DNA of 64,000 nt. Origin: Anaeramoeba ignava BMAN (lineage: Eukaryota > Protista > Anaeramoebae). The stretch covers positions 682,001-746,000 of the forward strand of contig JAPDFW010000092.1 in assembly GCA_028826165.1 (NCBI GenBank), written 5' to 3'. The notes under the pieces were generated by a model that worked only from the letters and a program-made list of their open reading frames with translations, had not been told where the DNA came from and did no database searches. Made by a program: the position numbers and the translations under genes. Shown here in pieces: positions 48,678 to 61,800 of the stretch (position 1 is the stretch's first letter; every line of letters begins with the position of its first letter).

Positions 48678-51600
48678 TTAAAATAAAATTTTGTTCTCAA
48701 AATTTGATTCAATACTCTCAATAATTCCTTCACCAATAATCCAAATTGAGGAAATAATTTCAAAAATATTTGGAATTGTAATCAAATTATCTTCTTGAAT
48801 TTTTGTTGGAATTGCACAATTAATTGAAGTTAAATCGGATAATTTAAATTCTTTTGGAAGAAAAGAAGAAGGTTTAAAAACAATTCCAATTTCTGAATCA
48901 AGTTCCATTTGATTGTGAAAAAATAGGATCGCAAATCCTAATTTATTGTTTAATTCTTGAAGAAATTTTTCTTTTGGAGAAAAACCTGAATAAAAATCAA
49001 TTCCATTTTTCTCAAGTTTTTTTCTTATTAACCGAGAGTTTTTCAACTTGATTATCAAATCAAAATCTGTAATTTGAACTTGAAAAATTTTTTGGATTTG
49101 ATTAAACAATTCTTTGTTTGTGATTTCTTGCGTTTCAAAAATACTCAATAATTCATTAAGAGTTTTTTGTGCAATTTTCTGCATTCTTTTCATGATTAAT
49201 TTTGTGGGATTTTCACTTGTATATCGTGTCCCAATTGGATATTGAGATGTTGAAACATAAATGGGAACTTTATTTTTCAATGATTGAAATTGCTTATCAA
49301 TTTTCTCAAGATCTTGAGCGGACAAAATATGGTTAGGATCAAGAATTATTGGGAAATTTTGGAATTCAAAATTGATCATGAAATCCAAAAAGCGAAGAAA
49401 TCCTGAATATAAAGAATTTGGTTGAGAATACCGAATATTTGAAGTTGAAAATAAATATCCGACTAATATTTCAATCAATTCATTTGAGAAATAATCCGAA
49501 AGATAATTTGAATGAATCCATTGTTTGCACAATCTTGTTAATTCTGGATAAATTTGGTTTTTCTTAGTGAAATTTTGAGTGATAAAATCGCGATGATTTG
49601 GTTCAAAAAGAATTTTCTTCTCAATTTCTTTGTAATCTTGTGGTCTGTTTTTCTCAAGAAGATCATTTTCTTTTCCATTTGATAAGAAGAATCTTAAAAC
49701 AAACCCAGAATTTGTGAAAACATCCAAATAATCAAGAGAAATTTTCGAGTTGATTTTGTGGTATTTTTCCAATCCTTTTGAAATTTCAATCAAAAATGCA
49801 ATTTTCAAATGTTTTATTGCTTGGATATTATCAGGCCATTTGGCGCTTGTTTCAAATTCCAATTTGAACTCAATTGGTTTGTTTACGTCTATTGATGTTT
49901 GTGAGAAAATATCGCTTAATGGTTGAATACTGATAATATCAAGTGGTAATTCATCAAGTTCCTTCATATTTTGCGATATTTTTTGAAAGGAAGAAATTAC
50001 CAATTCGCATATTTGGTGATAATGACTTAATACTGTTTTTTTCTTTCCTTGAAATCCAGAGCGAATCACCATTTTCTGGATCTTGATTAATTTAGAAAAT
50101 TTATCCCCAATAAAATGGAAATGTTTTCCAACCTCCAATCCAAAATGATGTGCCAAAAGAAATTCGGCAATTGCTCTTGGAATTGATTCTTGTTTTTCAG
50201 TGTATTTCTCCCATGCAACAGCTTCCAATATTGAGCCGTCTGTAAATCTTCTTAGTTCCGAAAGTTTTCCCCATAATTTGCGGAATTTTGCTGCTTTAAT
50301 TTGATCATCTGCTTCAGGTCCTCGATCGACAATTTTAAAGCAGTTTTCGGGATTCAAATTGATCCCAATTATCAAAGAAAATTTTGATTTGAAATGATTT
50401 TTCATGCTTTCTTGAATATTGCAATCACCATAATCATCTTCATTTGGTTTGAAAACTGCAAGCGATGATATTCTATTCCCATATCCTTTTTGCAATATCC
50501 GATATATTTTCCTTTTAAAATAATTCTCAAACCCACAATCTTGATACTTGATTTTTTTCGCTTTTTTCTTGAAATTTTCGATACTGGATATTGTAATGTA
50601 TCCGTCATACTTCAAATTCAAATTTGTTGGAATCAAAAAAATATTTTGGAAATTAAGAATTGTTAAAGAGCGGTTATTCTCTCCATTTCTTAGCAAATCT
50701 AGCGTTATTCTCGCATCTTCTTTAATTGCATAGAAACTACTGAGCTTGAAATGTGCAGCAAGATTGCAAGCCTTAAATTCGTCAAGAATCACGATATCGA
50801 AATGCTTTCGAAAAGATTGCAAAATAAGTTTGTCTTTCTCTTGAATTTTGCGATTTTGATCATCAATAATAATTCCTTGTGATATTAACTCATCGGATTT
50901 GTTAAAAAACTCAAGAAAAAGCCTGAAAACTTGATAAGAAGTCATTGATGGAATGACTCTTTTTTTGTAGATGAGAAATACTAGTATAATTGATGCAAGA
51001 AATCCACTTATTCCATCTTCATAAGAATATAATTTGCGTTTGTGAAGCCATTCCTTTATTAAAAGAATTCCTTCCGATATTGATTTGGAATTTGTGATTG
51101 TTTCGTGAATAGTTTCCAAATGGTGATAAAAGAACATGTCTTCAAGAATACTGTTGTTATAAAAAGGTGTTGAATTTTGGTTGCTGTTTTTTTTCAAATT
51201 ATTTGATTCCAAACTTAGTTTATTTATATCAAATGTTTTTTGTGATATCATGGGGATGATTCTAATAACAAATTTGGTTTTTCTTTTTTCCAAACGTTCT
51301 TTTTTCCTTTTCGTTCTTTTTTTTTGCTTCTCGGATTTTGTGTTATTTTCTGTTGCAATATTGATAAATCCTGGTTTGATAACAAGAATGGGTTTTCTTC
51401 TATTTCCTTTGAAAAATGAAAAATGCATGTTTGCATTAGTAAATTGTTCGGGATCAATATATTGCAAATATTGGGAAATGAGATGAAGATAAATGGCTCT
51501 TTTGTCATGATATTTGTAATCAAAAATATCTTCTTGCTCAAAAACATCCGAAGGTATTTCAATTCCAACATCAATATTCAAATATGGTTTGACAAGTGAT

Positions 51601-52205
51601 TCAGTCAAAAAACTTCCAATTAAATATGTGTTTGATGGTTTTAAAATGTTCATCCTTAAAGTATCATTACTTAATTTGAGATTTGGAAAGTTTGATTTTT
51701 TGAATGAATAGATAAATTGCTTTTGATTTTGTTGTGATTTTTGTAGTTGATTGATTGTTATTTGGTTTTTCTTGATTTGGAATTTTATGTTTTCAATTCC
51801 ATCAATTTTATTCTTCAATTCAAACAAGTATTCTTTGATATCTTGAGTTTTCTTTTTATAATCTAAACCTATTTTTTTAAGTAATAATTCTATTTGAATT
51901 TTATAAATATTTGAATAAAGAATTTCTTGATTTTCTTTAATTTGTGAAAGTTCTTTTCTTGAAGGTAATTTTTGATTTAAATTTTTTTGATTTAATTGAT
52001 CATTTTGATTTTGAATTAATTGATTATTTTCATTTTCATTTTCATTTTCATTTATAAATTCGTTTAAATCAAAATCATTTTCAAAATCATTTTCAATTTC
52101 ATTTTCATTTTCAATTTCAATTTCACTTGATAATTCTTGTTCTGTTTCTTCATTATTTGAATTTTCTGATTCATCTGAACTTCTCATATCAATAACTTCT
52201 TCCAT
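48678..52205 (-). CDS. NOL6: Nucleolar protein 6 / Utp22 (Nrap family)
   Basis: TPFYNNSILED, VDRGPEADD...FRKLWGKLSELRRFTDGSILEAVAW, FETSAKWPDNIQAI. Confidence 0.93.
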   Translation of the reverse strand: MEEVIDMRSSDESENSNNEETEQELSSEIEIENENEIENDFENDFDLNEFINENENENENNQLIQNQNDQLNQKNLNQKLPSRKELSQIKENQEILYSNIYKIQIELLLKKIGLDYKKKTQDIKEYLFELKNKIDGIENIKFQIKKNQITINQLQKSQQNQKQFIYSFKKSNFPNLKLSNDTLRMNILKPSNTYLIGSFLTESLVKPYLNIDVGIEIPSDVFEQEDIFDYKYHDKRAIYLHLISQYLQYIDPEQFTNANMHFSFFKGNRRKPILVIKPGFINIATENNTKSEKQKKRTKRKKERLEKRKTKFVIRIIPMISQKTFDINKLSLESNNLKKNSNQNSTPFYNNSILEDMFFYHHLETIHETITNSKSISEGILLIKEWLHKRKLYSYEDGISGFLASIILVFLIYKKRVIPSMTSYQVFRLFLEFFNKSDELISQGIIIDDQNRKIQEKDKLILQSFRKHFDIVILDEFKACNLAAHFKLSSFYAIKEDARITLDLLRNGENNRSLTILNFQNIFLIPTNLNLKYDGYITISSIENFKKKAKKIKYQDCGFENYFKRKIYRILQKGYGNRISSLAVFKPNEDDYGDCNIQESMKNHFKSKFSLIIGINLNPENCFKIVDRGPEADDQIKAAKFRKLWGKLSELRRFTDGSILEAVAWEKYTEKQESIPRAIAEFLLAHHFGLEVGKHFHFIGDKFSKLIKIQKMVIRSGFQGKKKTVLSHYHQICELVISSFQKISQNMKELDELPLDIISIQPLSDIFSQTSIDVNKPIEFKLEFETSAKWPDNIQAIKHLKIAFLIEISKGLEKYHKINSKISLDYLDVFTNSGFVLRFFLSNGKENDLLEKNRPQDYKEIEKKILFEPNHRDFITQNFTKKNQIYPELTRLCKQWIHSNYLSDYFSNELIEILVGYLFSTSNIRYSQPNSLYSGFLRFLDFMINFEFQNFPIILDPNHILSAQDLEKIDKQFQSLKNKVPIYVSTSQYPIGTRYTSENPTKLIMKRMQKIAQKTLNELLSIFETQEITNKELFNQIQKIFQVQITDFDLIIKLKNSRLIRKKLEKNGIDFYSGFSPKEKFLQELNNKLGFAILFFHNQMELDSEIGIVFKPSSFLPKEFKLSDLTSINCAIPTKIQEDNLITIPNIFEIISSIWIIGEGIIESIESNFENKILF

Positions 52206-52336
52206 TTTATTATTCTATAATTCTATTCTAAAAAAATTTTTTTTATTTAGAAAAAAAATGAAAAATGAAAAATTAAAAAATTAAAAAAATTTTTTTTCAT
52301 TTTTTCTAATTTCTTTTTTAATTTCTTTTTCTTTTT

Positions 52337-55300
52337 ATGACAAGTGAATCAATTAAAAGAAAACAAAAAGATGTTATGAAATTGTATTTATTTAATTTAA
52401 AATTATAAAATTTAAAATAAAAATTATAAATTATAAAATAAAAATTAAGAATTTCAAAAGGTTTTCAACCTGAACTTGAAAATGAAAATGATATTTCAAC
52501 TTTTTATGTTAATTTAAATGGACCAAAAGAAAGTAAAATGAAAAATTAAAAATAAATTGATTTTTTATTTTAATTTTTATTTTAATTTTAAAAGGTCCTT
52601 ATGAAGGAGGTATTTGGAAAATTCGGGTTCATCTTCCTGAAGGTTATCCTTATAAATCACCTTCAATTGGATTTATGAATAAAATTTATCATCCAAATAT
52701 TGATTTTGCGTAATTTATAATTTAATTTATAATTTAATTTATAATTTAATTTATAATTTAATTTATATTTTAATTTATAATTTAATTTATAATTTAATTT
52801 ATAATTTAATTTATAATTTATATTTTAATTTATAATTTAATTTATAATTCTATTTATAATTTATTTTATATTTTAATTTATAATTTTATTTATAACTTTA
52901 TTTATAATTTTATTTATATTTTAATTTATAATTTAATTTATATTTTTATTTATAATTTAATTTATATTTTTATTTATAATTTTATTTATAATTTTATTTA
53001 TAATTTTAATTTATAATTTTAATTTATAATTTTATTTATAATTTTAATTTTTTTTTTTTTATATTTTTAATTTATAATTTAATTTATAATTTTATTTATA
53101 ATTTAATTTATATTTTTAATTTAATTTATAATTTTATTTATAATTTTAATTTATATTTTAATTTATAATTTAATTTATAATTTAATTTATAATTTTATTT
53201 ATAATTTAATTTATAATTTTATTTATAATTTTATTTTAATTTATAATTTATAATTTAATTTATAATTTAATTTATAATTTAATTTATATTTTTATTTATA
53301 ATTTAATTTATAATTTAATTTATAATTTTAATTTATAATTTAATTTATAATTTTATTTATAATTTTATTTATAATTTAATTTATAATTTAATTTATAATT
53401 TAATTTATAATTTTAATTTATAATTTAATTTATAATTTAATTTATAATTTAATTTATAATTTAATTTATAATTTTATTTAATTTATAATTTAATTTATAA
53501 TTTTAATTTATAATTTAATTTATAATTTAATTTTATAATTTAATTTTATATTTTTATTTTTATAATTTAATTTTATAATTTAATTTATAATTTTAATTTA
53601 TAATTTAATTTATATTTTTTATTTATAATTTAATTTATAATTTAATTTATAATTTAATTTATAATTTAATTTATAATTTTAATTTATAATTTTAATTTAT
53701 ATTTTTATTTTAATTTAATTTATAATTTAATTTATAATTTTATTTATAATTTAATTTATAATTTTAATTTATAATTTAATTTATAATTTAATTTATAATT
53801 TAATTTATAATTTAATTTATAATTTTTATTTATAATTTTAATTTATAATTTTATTTTTATAATTTTATTTTTTTTAATTTATAATTTAATTTATAATTTA
53901 TTTATAATTTAATTTATAATTTAATTTAATTTTTATTTTTATTTTTTATAATTTTAATTTATAATTTTATTTTTATAATTTTAATTTTATTTAATTTTAA
54001 TTTTATTTATAATTTAATTTATATTTTAATTTATAATTTAATTTATAAATTTAATTTATAATTTAATTTATAATTTAATTTAATTTATAATTTATTTTTA
54101 ATTTTAATTTTAATTTATTTAATTTATATAATTTATATTTTTAATTTATAATTTAATTTATATTTTAATTTATATTTTTATTTTTATTTAATTTTAATTT
54201 TTAATTTTAATTTATAATTTTTTATAATTTTTAATTTAATTTATAATTTAATTTTAATTTATAATTTAATTTATAATTTTAATTTATAATTTAATTTATA
54301 ATTTAATTTTATAATTTTAATTTATAATTTAATTTAATTTATAAACAAATTTATAATTCAATTTTATAATTTTAATTTATAATTTAATTTATAATTTAAT
54401 TTATAATTTAATTTATAATTTAATTTATAATTTAATTTATATTTTATTTTATTTTAATTTATAATTTTATTTATAATTTTTATTTATAATTTAATTTATA
54501 ATTTAATTTATAATTTTATTTATAATTTTTTTTTATATTTAATTTTTATTTTAATTTAAAAATTTAATTTTATAATTTAATTTATAATTTAATTTATAAA
54601 TTTTAATTTATAACTTTATTTATAATTTTAATTTATAATTTAATTTATAATTTTAATTTATAATTTAATTTATAATTTTTATTTATATTTTTAATTTATT
54701 ATATAATTTATAATTTTAATTTATAATTTTATTTATAATTTTATTTATAATTTTATTTATAATTTAATTTATAATTTAATTTATAATTTAATTTATAATT
54801 TAATTTTATAATTTAATTTATAATTTAATTTATAATTTAATTTATAATTTTTAATTTTATAATATAATTTATAATTTAATTTTATAATTTAATTTATATT
54901 TTAATTTATAATTTTAATTTATATTTTAATTTATAATTTTTATTTATAATTTTTAATTTATATTTTTAATTTATAATTTTAATTTATATTTTAATTTATA
55001 ATTTTATTTATAATTTAATTTATAATTTTATTTATAATTTAATTTATATTTTTATTTATAATTTAATTTATATTTTAATTTATAATTTAATTTATAATTT
55101 TATTTATAATTTTATTTATAATTTAATTTATATTTTAATTTATAATTTAATTTATAATTTAATTTATATTTTTAATTTTTAGTTCAGGAACTGTTTGTTT
55201 AGATGTTATTAATCAAACTTGGACTCCAATTTTTGGTATTTTTAATAGAAATTAATCTTTTTAAATTCCTTTTTAAATTCCTTTTTTTAAAAAAAAAAAG

Positions 55301-55772
55301 ATTTGGAAAATATTTTTGATATTTTTTTACCTCAATTATTACTTTATCCAAATCCAAATGATCCATTAAATCATGAAGCAGCATCTTTATTAAAACAAAA
55401 TAGAATTCAATTTAATAAAATAGCAAAAGGTAGAATGAATTAAAATTTGAATTAAATTTGAATTAAAAATTTGAATTAAAAAATTGAATTAAAAAATTGA
55501 ATTTGAATTAAAAATTGAATTAAAAATTGATTAAAAATTGAATTAAAAAATTGAATTAAATTTGAATTAAAAAATTGAATTAAAATTGAATTAAAAATAT
55601 TTTAGAATTTACTGAAAAATATGCAAATCCAAAAAATGATAAAGAATCAAATTCAAAAAAGAAAAAAAATGATCAAAAATCAGATTCAATTAGTGATATA
55701 AGTGATATAAGTGATTTAAGTAATTTAGATGATAATGATAATGATAATGAAAATGATTCATTTTTTGATTAA
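52337..55772 (+). CDS. UBE2H: Ubiquitin-conjugating enzyme E2 H / Ubc8; 6 exons
   Basis: Spliced: [10 protein letters not shown]...[90 protein letters not shown], acidic tail; not in the ORF track. Confidence 0.93.
52710..55182. repeat. 2.47-kb intron made almost entirely of A/T (TTTATAATTTAA)n
   Basis: GT at 52710, AG at 55181-55182; splicing restores HPNIDFASGTVCLD. Confidence 0.93.
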
Positions 55773-55919
55773 AAAACAAAATCAAAATCAAAATCAAAAA
55801 TTTTGGAAATTTTTTTAAATGGAAATTTTTTCTTCTTCTTATTGAATGAATTTTTTCAATAAACAAAAAAATTAATTCAAATTTTAATTTTAATTTTAGT
55901 TTTAAATTTAATTTTAATT

Positions 55920-57378
55920 TTAAAGTTTTCTTAAATTATTTCTTTGTTTGAAAAGTAAACTTGCTCTTGTTGAAACAATTGGTTTAAGAGTTTGATTTGG
56001 TTTTTTTTGATAATTTAAAGATAAAGAATCATTATTTGAATTAACACCAAAAGCAGTATTTAAAGCATTAACTTGGAAAGAATTAAGTTGATTATTATTA
56101 TTATCATTATCATTATTATTATTATTTTGATTATTTAAATTTTCTGTTGAATTTTTTTTTTTGTTGAATTTTTTCTTTTTAAAATTAAATGGAATATATC
56201 GATATTTAATCATATGTGCTAATTGATTTCTCATTGCAACTAGAAAAAGTATTAGGAAATAAAATAAAAGTAAAGGCCAATAAATAGGAAAATCTAAATC
56301 ATCACTTAATGTACTAAAAAGTGATATTATTGTTGCATAAAAACTTTTTTCCCAAAATTTATATTCTGGCAATTTTCTCATAAATGGTTTAAATTCATCA
56401 TTTGAATGAATTGGTAAAGTTGTTTCTTGTTGATCCCCATTTATTTCTAAATTTTAAAATGATTAAATTTTGATTTAAATTTTGATTTAAATTTTGGATT
56501 TAAAATGAATTTTAAAATGAATTTTAAAATGAATGTTCACCATTTTCAATTTCTTCTTCTTGTTCAGCAAGTTCAGGATCAACTAAAAAAAATTATAAAT
56601 TAAATTTAATAATAAATTTTGATTTTGATTTTTAATTTTAATTTTGATTTTGATTTTGATTTTTAATTTTAATTTTGATTTTGATTTTAATTTTGATTTT
56701 GATTTTGATTTTGATTTTGATTTTGATTTTTGATTTTAATTTTGATTTTGATTTTGATTTTGATTTTGATTTTGATTTTGATTTTGATTTTGATTTTGAT
56801 TTTGATTTTGATTTTGATTTTGATTTTAATTTTAATTTTGATTTTAATTTTGAATTTGATTTTGATTTTAATTTTGATTTTGATTTTGATTTTGATTTTG
56901 ATTTTAATTTTGATTTTGATTTTGAATTTTCATTTTGAATTTTGATTTTGATTTTGATTTTGATTTTGATTTTGATTTTGATTTTAATTTTGATTTTAAT
57001 TTTGATTTTAATTTTGATTTTAAATTTTGATTTTGATTTTAATTTTAATTTTGATTTTGATTTTGATTTTAATTTTAAATTTAATTTAAATTTTAAATTT
57101 TGATTTTAATTTTAATTTTGAATTTTGTTTTATAATTTACTTTTTGGAGATAAAAAATTTATAAAATAATTTAACAAAAAAACACCAAGACAATAACTAA
57201 CTACAAAATATCTTTGTGTAATAATCACTCGTGCAAAAAAAATTATTAATAAAATTCCAAATAAACTCCATCTAATTGTTGATAAAGGAACAAAAGTATC
57301 TCGAATTCTTTGATATTTTTTAAAAATTTTTTTGATAATATTTTTAAAAGAAACAAAAAAATTTTTGATTTTTTGCAT
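55920..57378 (-). CDS. RER1: ER retrieval receptor Rer1; 3 exons
   Basis: YFVVSYCLGVFLLNYFINFLSPK/IDPEL...LPIHSNDEFKPFMRKLPEYKFW...PIYWPLLLFYF...MRNQLAHMIKYRYIPF. Confidence 0.93.
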
Positions 57379-57570
57379 TTAAAAATATTTAAATATTTTA
57401 AATTTTAAAAATATAATAATATATAATTTTATTCTAAATTGTTTTTTTGTTTTTGTTTTTTGAAAGAAAATTTAAATCTATTCAATAATAAATTTTTTTT
57501 TTAAAAAATGAAAAAAATGAAAAAATGAAAAAATGAAAAAATTTGTTTTTATTTTTGAAAAGAAAAAAAA

Positions 57571-58769
57571 TTATTTCTTAAAATTATTTACTTCCTCTTT
57601 ATGAATATAATATTGAGGTAATTCATTTATTTTCCAAAGACCAGTTGAATAAAGAATAGTAACTTTAAATATTGTGTATAAAACCTTTAATAAATCTCCT
57701 AATTTTTTAGATTGATAAAAATTATCCAAATCAATTGAATCAAAAGGAATAAATTTTTTGATTTGATCCATTTCTTTTGCTTTTTGGTTATCAATTGTAA
57801 ATCTTGAATGTTCTCCAATTTCACGTTTTAATTCATTTTCATTTTCATTTTCAATTAAATGACTTGTTATTATTTTTTCATATAATTCTGAATGTATATT
57901 TGCATGTTTAATAATATAAAGTAATTCAAAATTCATTTCATATCCTTCATAATGCAAATTTGGGAATATTTGATTTGCTGCTTTTCTAGAATAGAATTGA
58001 GAATCCAATTTCAATTTATCTGATCGAATTGCAAAAAATGAGAAAATATTATAAAAGATTTTTTCAATTAGTTTTTGTTTTGAAATTTTAATTGATTCAA
58101 AAATAACTCCAAATCCTCCCTTTTCAATTTCTTTCATTTTGCTTTGAAATTTTTGAATTAAATCATGATTATATTCTTGATTTGGATCAACAACTAAAAT
58201 ATAGTCTCCTCTTGAAATTAAAACTCCCTTTTTGAATTATAATTTTTTTTTTTTGAATTATAATTTTTTTTTTGAATTATAATTGTTTTTTTTAATATAA
58301 TTTTACTTTATGAACCATTTCTTCTTTTCTCTGTTTTTTATTAAGATTTAACACTCGAATTTTCTCCAAAGAATGTTTCTTTACTAAATTATCTGTAAAT
58401 TCATTTCCTTTTTCTTGATTTTTTACTTGAATTATTATAATTTCCCATTTAAATTTTTCTTTTTTCTTTTTTCTCTTTTTTCTCTTTTTGATCAAGATTT
58501 TGAATATAACTGTTAATTGTTTTTCCATAATTTTCGTTTTTTTTCTCTAAAGGAAATAAAATGGACAATGAAATGTTTGCAGAAATTATTTGCATTTCAG
58601 AAGAAAATTGATAAACTTTTCCATTTTTTGGATCATTAAATTGTTTTTCATCTGAATCTAATTTTTGAGTTTTTGTTTGAATGAAAATTTCTTTCAAAAT
58701 AATAAAAATAGCAAGAAAAATTAAGAAAATTAAAAAGAACAAAATAATTTGAAAAATGAAGGAAATCAT
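57571..58769 (-). CDS. Divergent ALG5-like GT2 (dolichyl-phosphate glucosyltransferase-like) protein; one intron and an apparent frameshift near 58450-58520
   Basis: N-terminal TM helix, LSILFP, WEIIII, GVLISRGDYILVVDPN, YSRKAANQIFPNLHYEGYEMNFELLYI, YSTGLWKI resemble ALG5 motifs. Confidence 0.7.
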
Positions 58770-58774
58770 AATTT

Positions 58775-58826
58775 AAAAAATGAAAAAATGAAAAAATGAA
58801 AAAATGAGAAAATGAAAAAATGAAAT
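58775..58826 (-). promoter_or_regulatory. Tandem TCATTTTT Inr-like motifs upstream of the ALG5-like ATG
   Basis: About six copies within 60 bp of the start codon. Confidence 0.5.
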
Positions 58827-58844
58827 TTTGAAGAGGTTTATTTG

Positions 58845-61800
58845 TTATTTATCATCATCAAGTGAAAAAGAAATTTCAGTTTCATGATCAAATTTTCCAA
58901 TAATACTTTGATAATTTAATGATTTCCCAGCTTGTAAAACAATTTTTTCAGGAAATTGCTTAAAAACACTCAAAATATTAGTTGCAATTAAAACAGTCGA
59001 ATCACTTAAAGAATTTTGAATTAAATCAACAATAAGTTGTTGATTTTCTAAATGTATTACTTTATCGAAAATTTCATTTATCAAAATAATTTTTCTTTTT
59101 GGAAAAAGAAGAAGCCTTGCGAAATGGAATAAAAATTGATGTTCAATTTGTTGTGTTTTCAAAATATTGACTGGTTGATCTAGTTTTTTCTTGAATTTTA
59201 AAACAATATCTTTTAAATGAAGTTTTTCTAGTACATCCCAAATTTCTTCATCTGTTCTTGAATTATCATTGAAAGAAAGCAAGTTTTGTCTTAGAGTTCC
59301 TATATAAAATGTTGGAGATGAATTCAAGTAAAAAATATTTTTTCTCAAAACCGAAAGTGGAATACTTGAAATTTCTTTTTCGTCAATAAAAATTTTTCCA
59401 TTTTCAATTTGGTATAATCTAAAAATTAAGTTGAAAACTGAAGATTGTTCGAGAGAAGAGCCACAAAAGGCAATTTTATCCTGCGCTTTTGCCTTGAAAT
59501 TGAAATCAGAGAGAATATTGCGATTTCTTTGTGGAAGCTTGAAATCAACATGATTAAATTCAATTTCACCATTTCCTCCAAAATGCTCATTATTACTTTG
59601 ATTTTCTTCTTCTTTTGAAATGTTGATATTTTCTTTTGAATTTTCAATTTCTTGTTTCAATCTCAGTATTTCTAATAATTCTGAAAAAGAAGATATTTGA
59701 TAATTGATTTCTGTGTGAGTAAGAAATGATTGTTGGAAAAGAATCGAAATGAAAAATGAGGAAATGATTGCAACACCTGCAAAAATTGGATCTGCATTGT
59801 TGGCTTTGAGAAGAATCATCAAAGGAACAGCAAGCATAACAATCACAGAAGAAATAATTGATCTGGTTGAGTTCCATCTTTTCACTGTTTCTTTCAACAT
59901 TAAACCAACTAAGTTTTTCTCTAAAATTCCCAAAGTTTCTTCCACAAATAAATCCCGATGATGAGATTGTCTAACCTCATATATTCTTTTCATCATCTCC
60001 TCAAATGATTTGTGTGTTTTTATCTGGTAAATCAAAGACAAATTCGAAAGTTGAATTTCTGTTTTGATGTTTTTATGTCTTCGATAGAAGAAATGGAGAG
60101 CAATCACAAAAACCGGGATCAAAAACCACGGATAAACAATTGAGATTGCAGCAATCAATGCAATAATTTGTAGATATGCAATGATAAAGCTTTGTATTGA
60201 GTGGATAATTTGGTTATCGATACTTTGGATATTTGTATGAAAAATATTCGTGATTTTGTAAATTTCGTTTGAACGGAAAAAACTGAATGGAGAATACACA
60301 ATTCTCTTGATAGCGCGCATAAATATCTTCTTTGAAGCCCGAAGACTCGAGAATGTGAGCATTAGTGTTGCAATGAAGTAAATTAGAATTGCTCCTCCAA
60401 ATATTAATATGTAATATCCAATATAAAATATTTTTGATTTATCAAATTCAAGTGTGATCCAACAAGCAATCCAGAAATATACCCCATAAAGTGCGCAAAT
60501 AGAAATGAGAAACAAAAGAATAATGAAAATCAAGTTACAATATCCGCCGCTATATCTGATATATTGTGAATAAACACCCAATTTTGGCACTTGTTTTGGT
60601 TCATAATTTGCAAGTGTATCCAAAAAATCATTTTCTGCTGTTTTTGCTTGAGAATTCTCTTCTTGCACTTTTTGCTTCTCAAAAGAATCAGGGATGTAAG
60701 GTAAAACAAGTTTGTGTGATTGCTTTTTGAGCTCGTTTTCTTCTTCTTGAATTAATTTCTCAAATTCTTTGCAACTTGAATTCATCATTTCAAATTTTCC
60801 TTCATGAATAATTGCTCCTTGATCAAGCATGAATATTCTTGTGCATTTTGAGAGAATCTTCTTCTCATTGGATATTATAATCACTGTTTTACGAGAAAGA
60901 TATTTTTGGATGCAATTACGAAAAATTCTTTTTCTTGTTTGATAGTTAAACATTTTTGAGTAATCATCAAAAAGATAAATATCTACTCCTGAATACAGAG
61001 CTCTTGCTAATGCAATTTTTGATTTGATATCTTGTGGAATCTTAAAGAATTGATTTACAAAAGTAAGATCTCTTTCTGGAAGAGTATCCAAGTACCAATT
61101 CAATTCACAAATCGAAAGAATTTCTTGATATTTATTCTCTGAAAAATTTTGCATTGAAATCACAATATTTTCTCTTATTGTTTTGCTTCTAATCCACGGT
61201 TTGTGAGAAATCACTACAGATGTTCCATTAATAAAACAAGTATCAGGAACTGAAGAATGTATTGCTCCTGTTATTGCAAGCAATATATTCTTCTTCCCGC
61301 TTCCTTCAGATCCACATATTCCAATTAACTCTGTTTCTGCTGCTTGAAAATTTATGTTTTTAATCTCCTTTTCTTTTGATAATTTGAAACTTGCATTGTT
61401 CATTTGAACTCTTAGTTTTTTATAAATCCCATCAAAATCACTTTCTTCAACAAATAGTGTTTTTTCTATTTCTTTTGATTTCGTTTCTTTTTCGTTTTTG
61501 ATATTGCTATCATTATCAAATGGAACATCCATTGCATCTTCAAGTTCAATCCAATTTTCATCATCATCACTATCATCTTTATCTTTATCTTTATTATTAT
61601 TATTATTTTGATTTTCTTCAATTCCTTGTAATTTATCTTTTAATTTCTCCTTCTCTTTCTCATTAAAACGATCTTCTTGAAAAATTTGTAAATTTGTTGA
61701 TAAAGTTGTTAAATTTTTTTTTGTTTCTAAAATTGGATCAGGAGTTGCTATAAAATTATTTAAGAATTTTAAAAATTTTGATGTTCTTCGATTTTGAATA

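Noticed and set aside
37185-52205. Functional clustering of RNA-processing genes (CNOT1, CWC27, NOL6)
   Set aside because: They are interleaved with unrelated genes such as Derlin; there is no evidence beyond chance adjacency.
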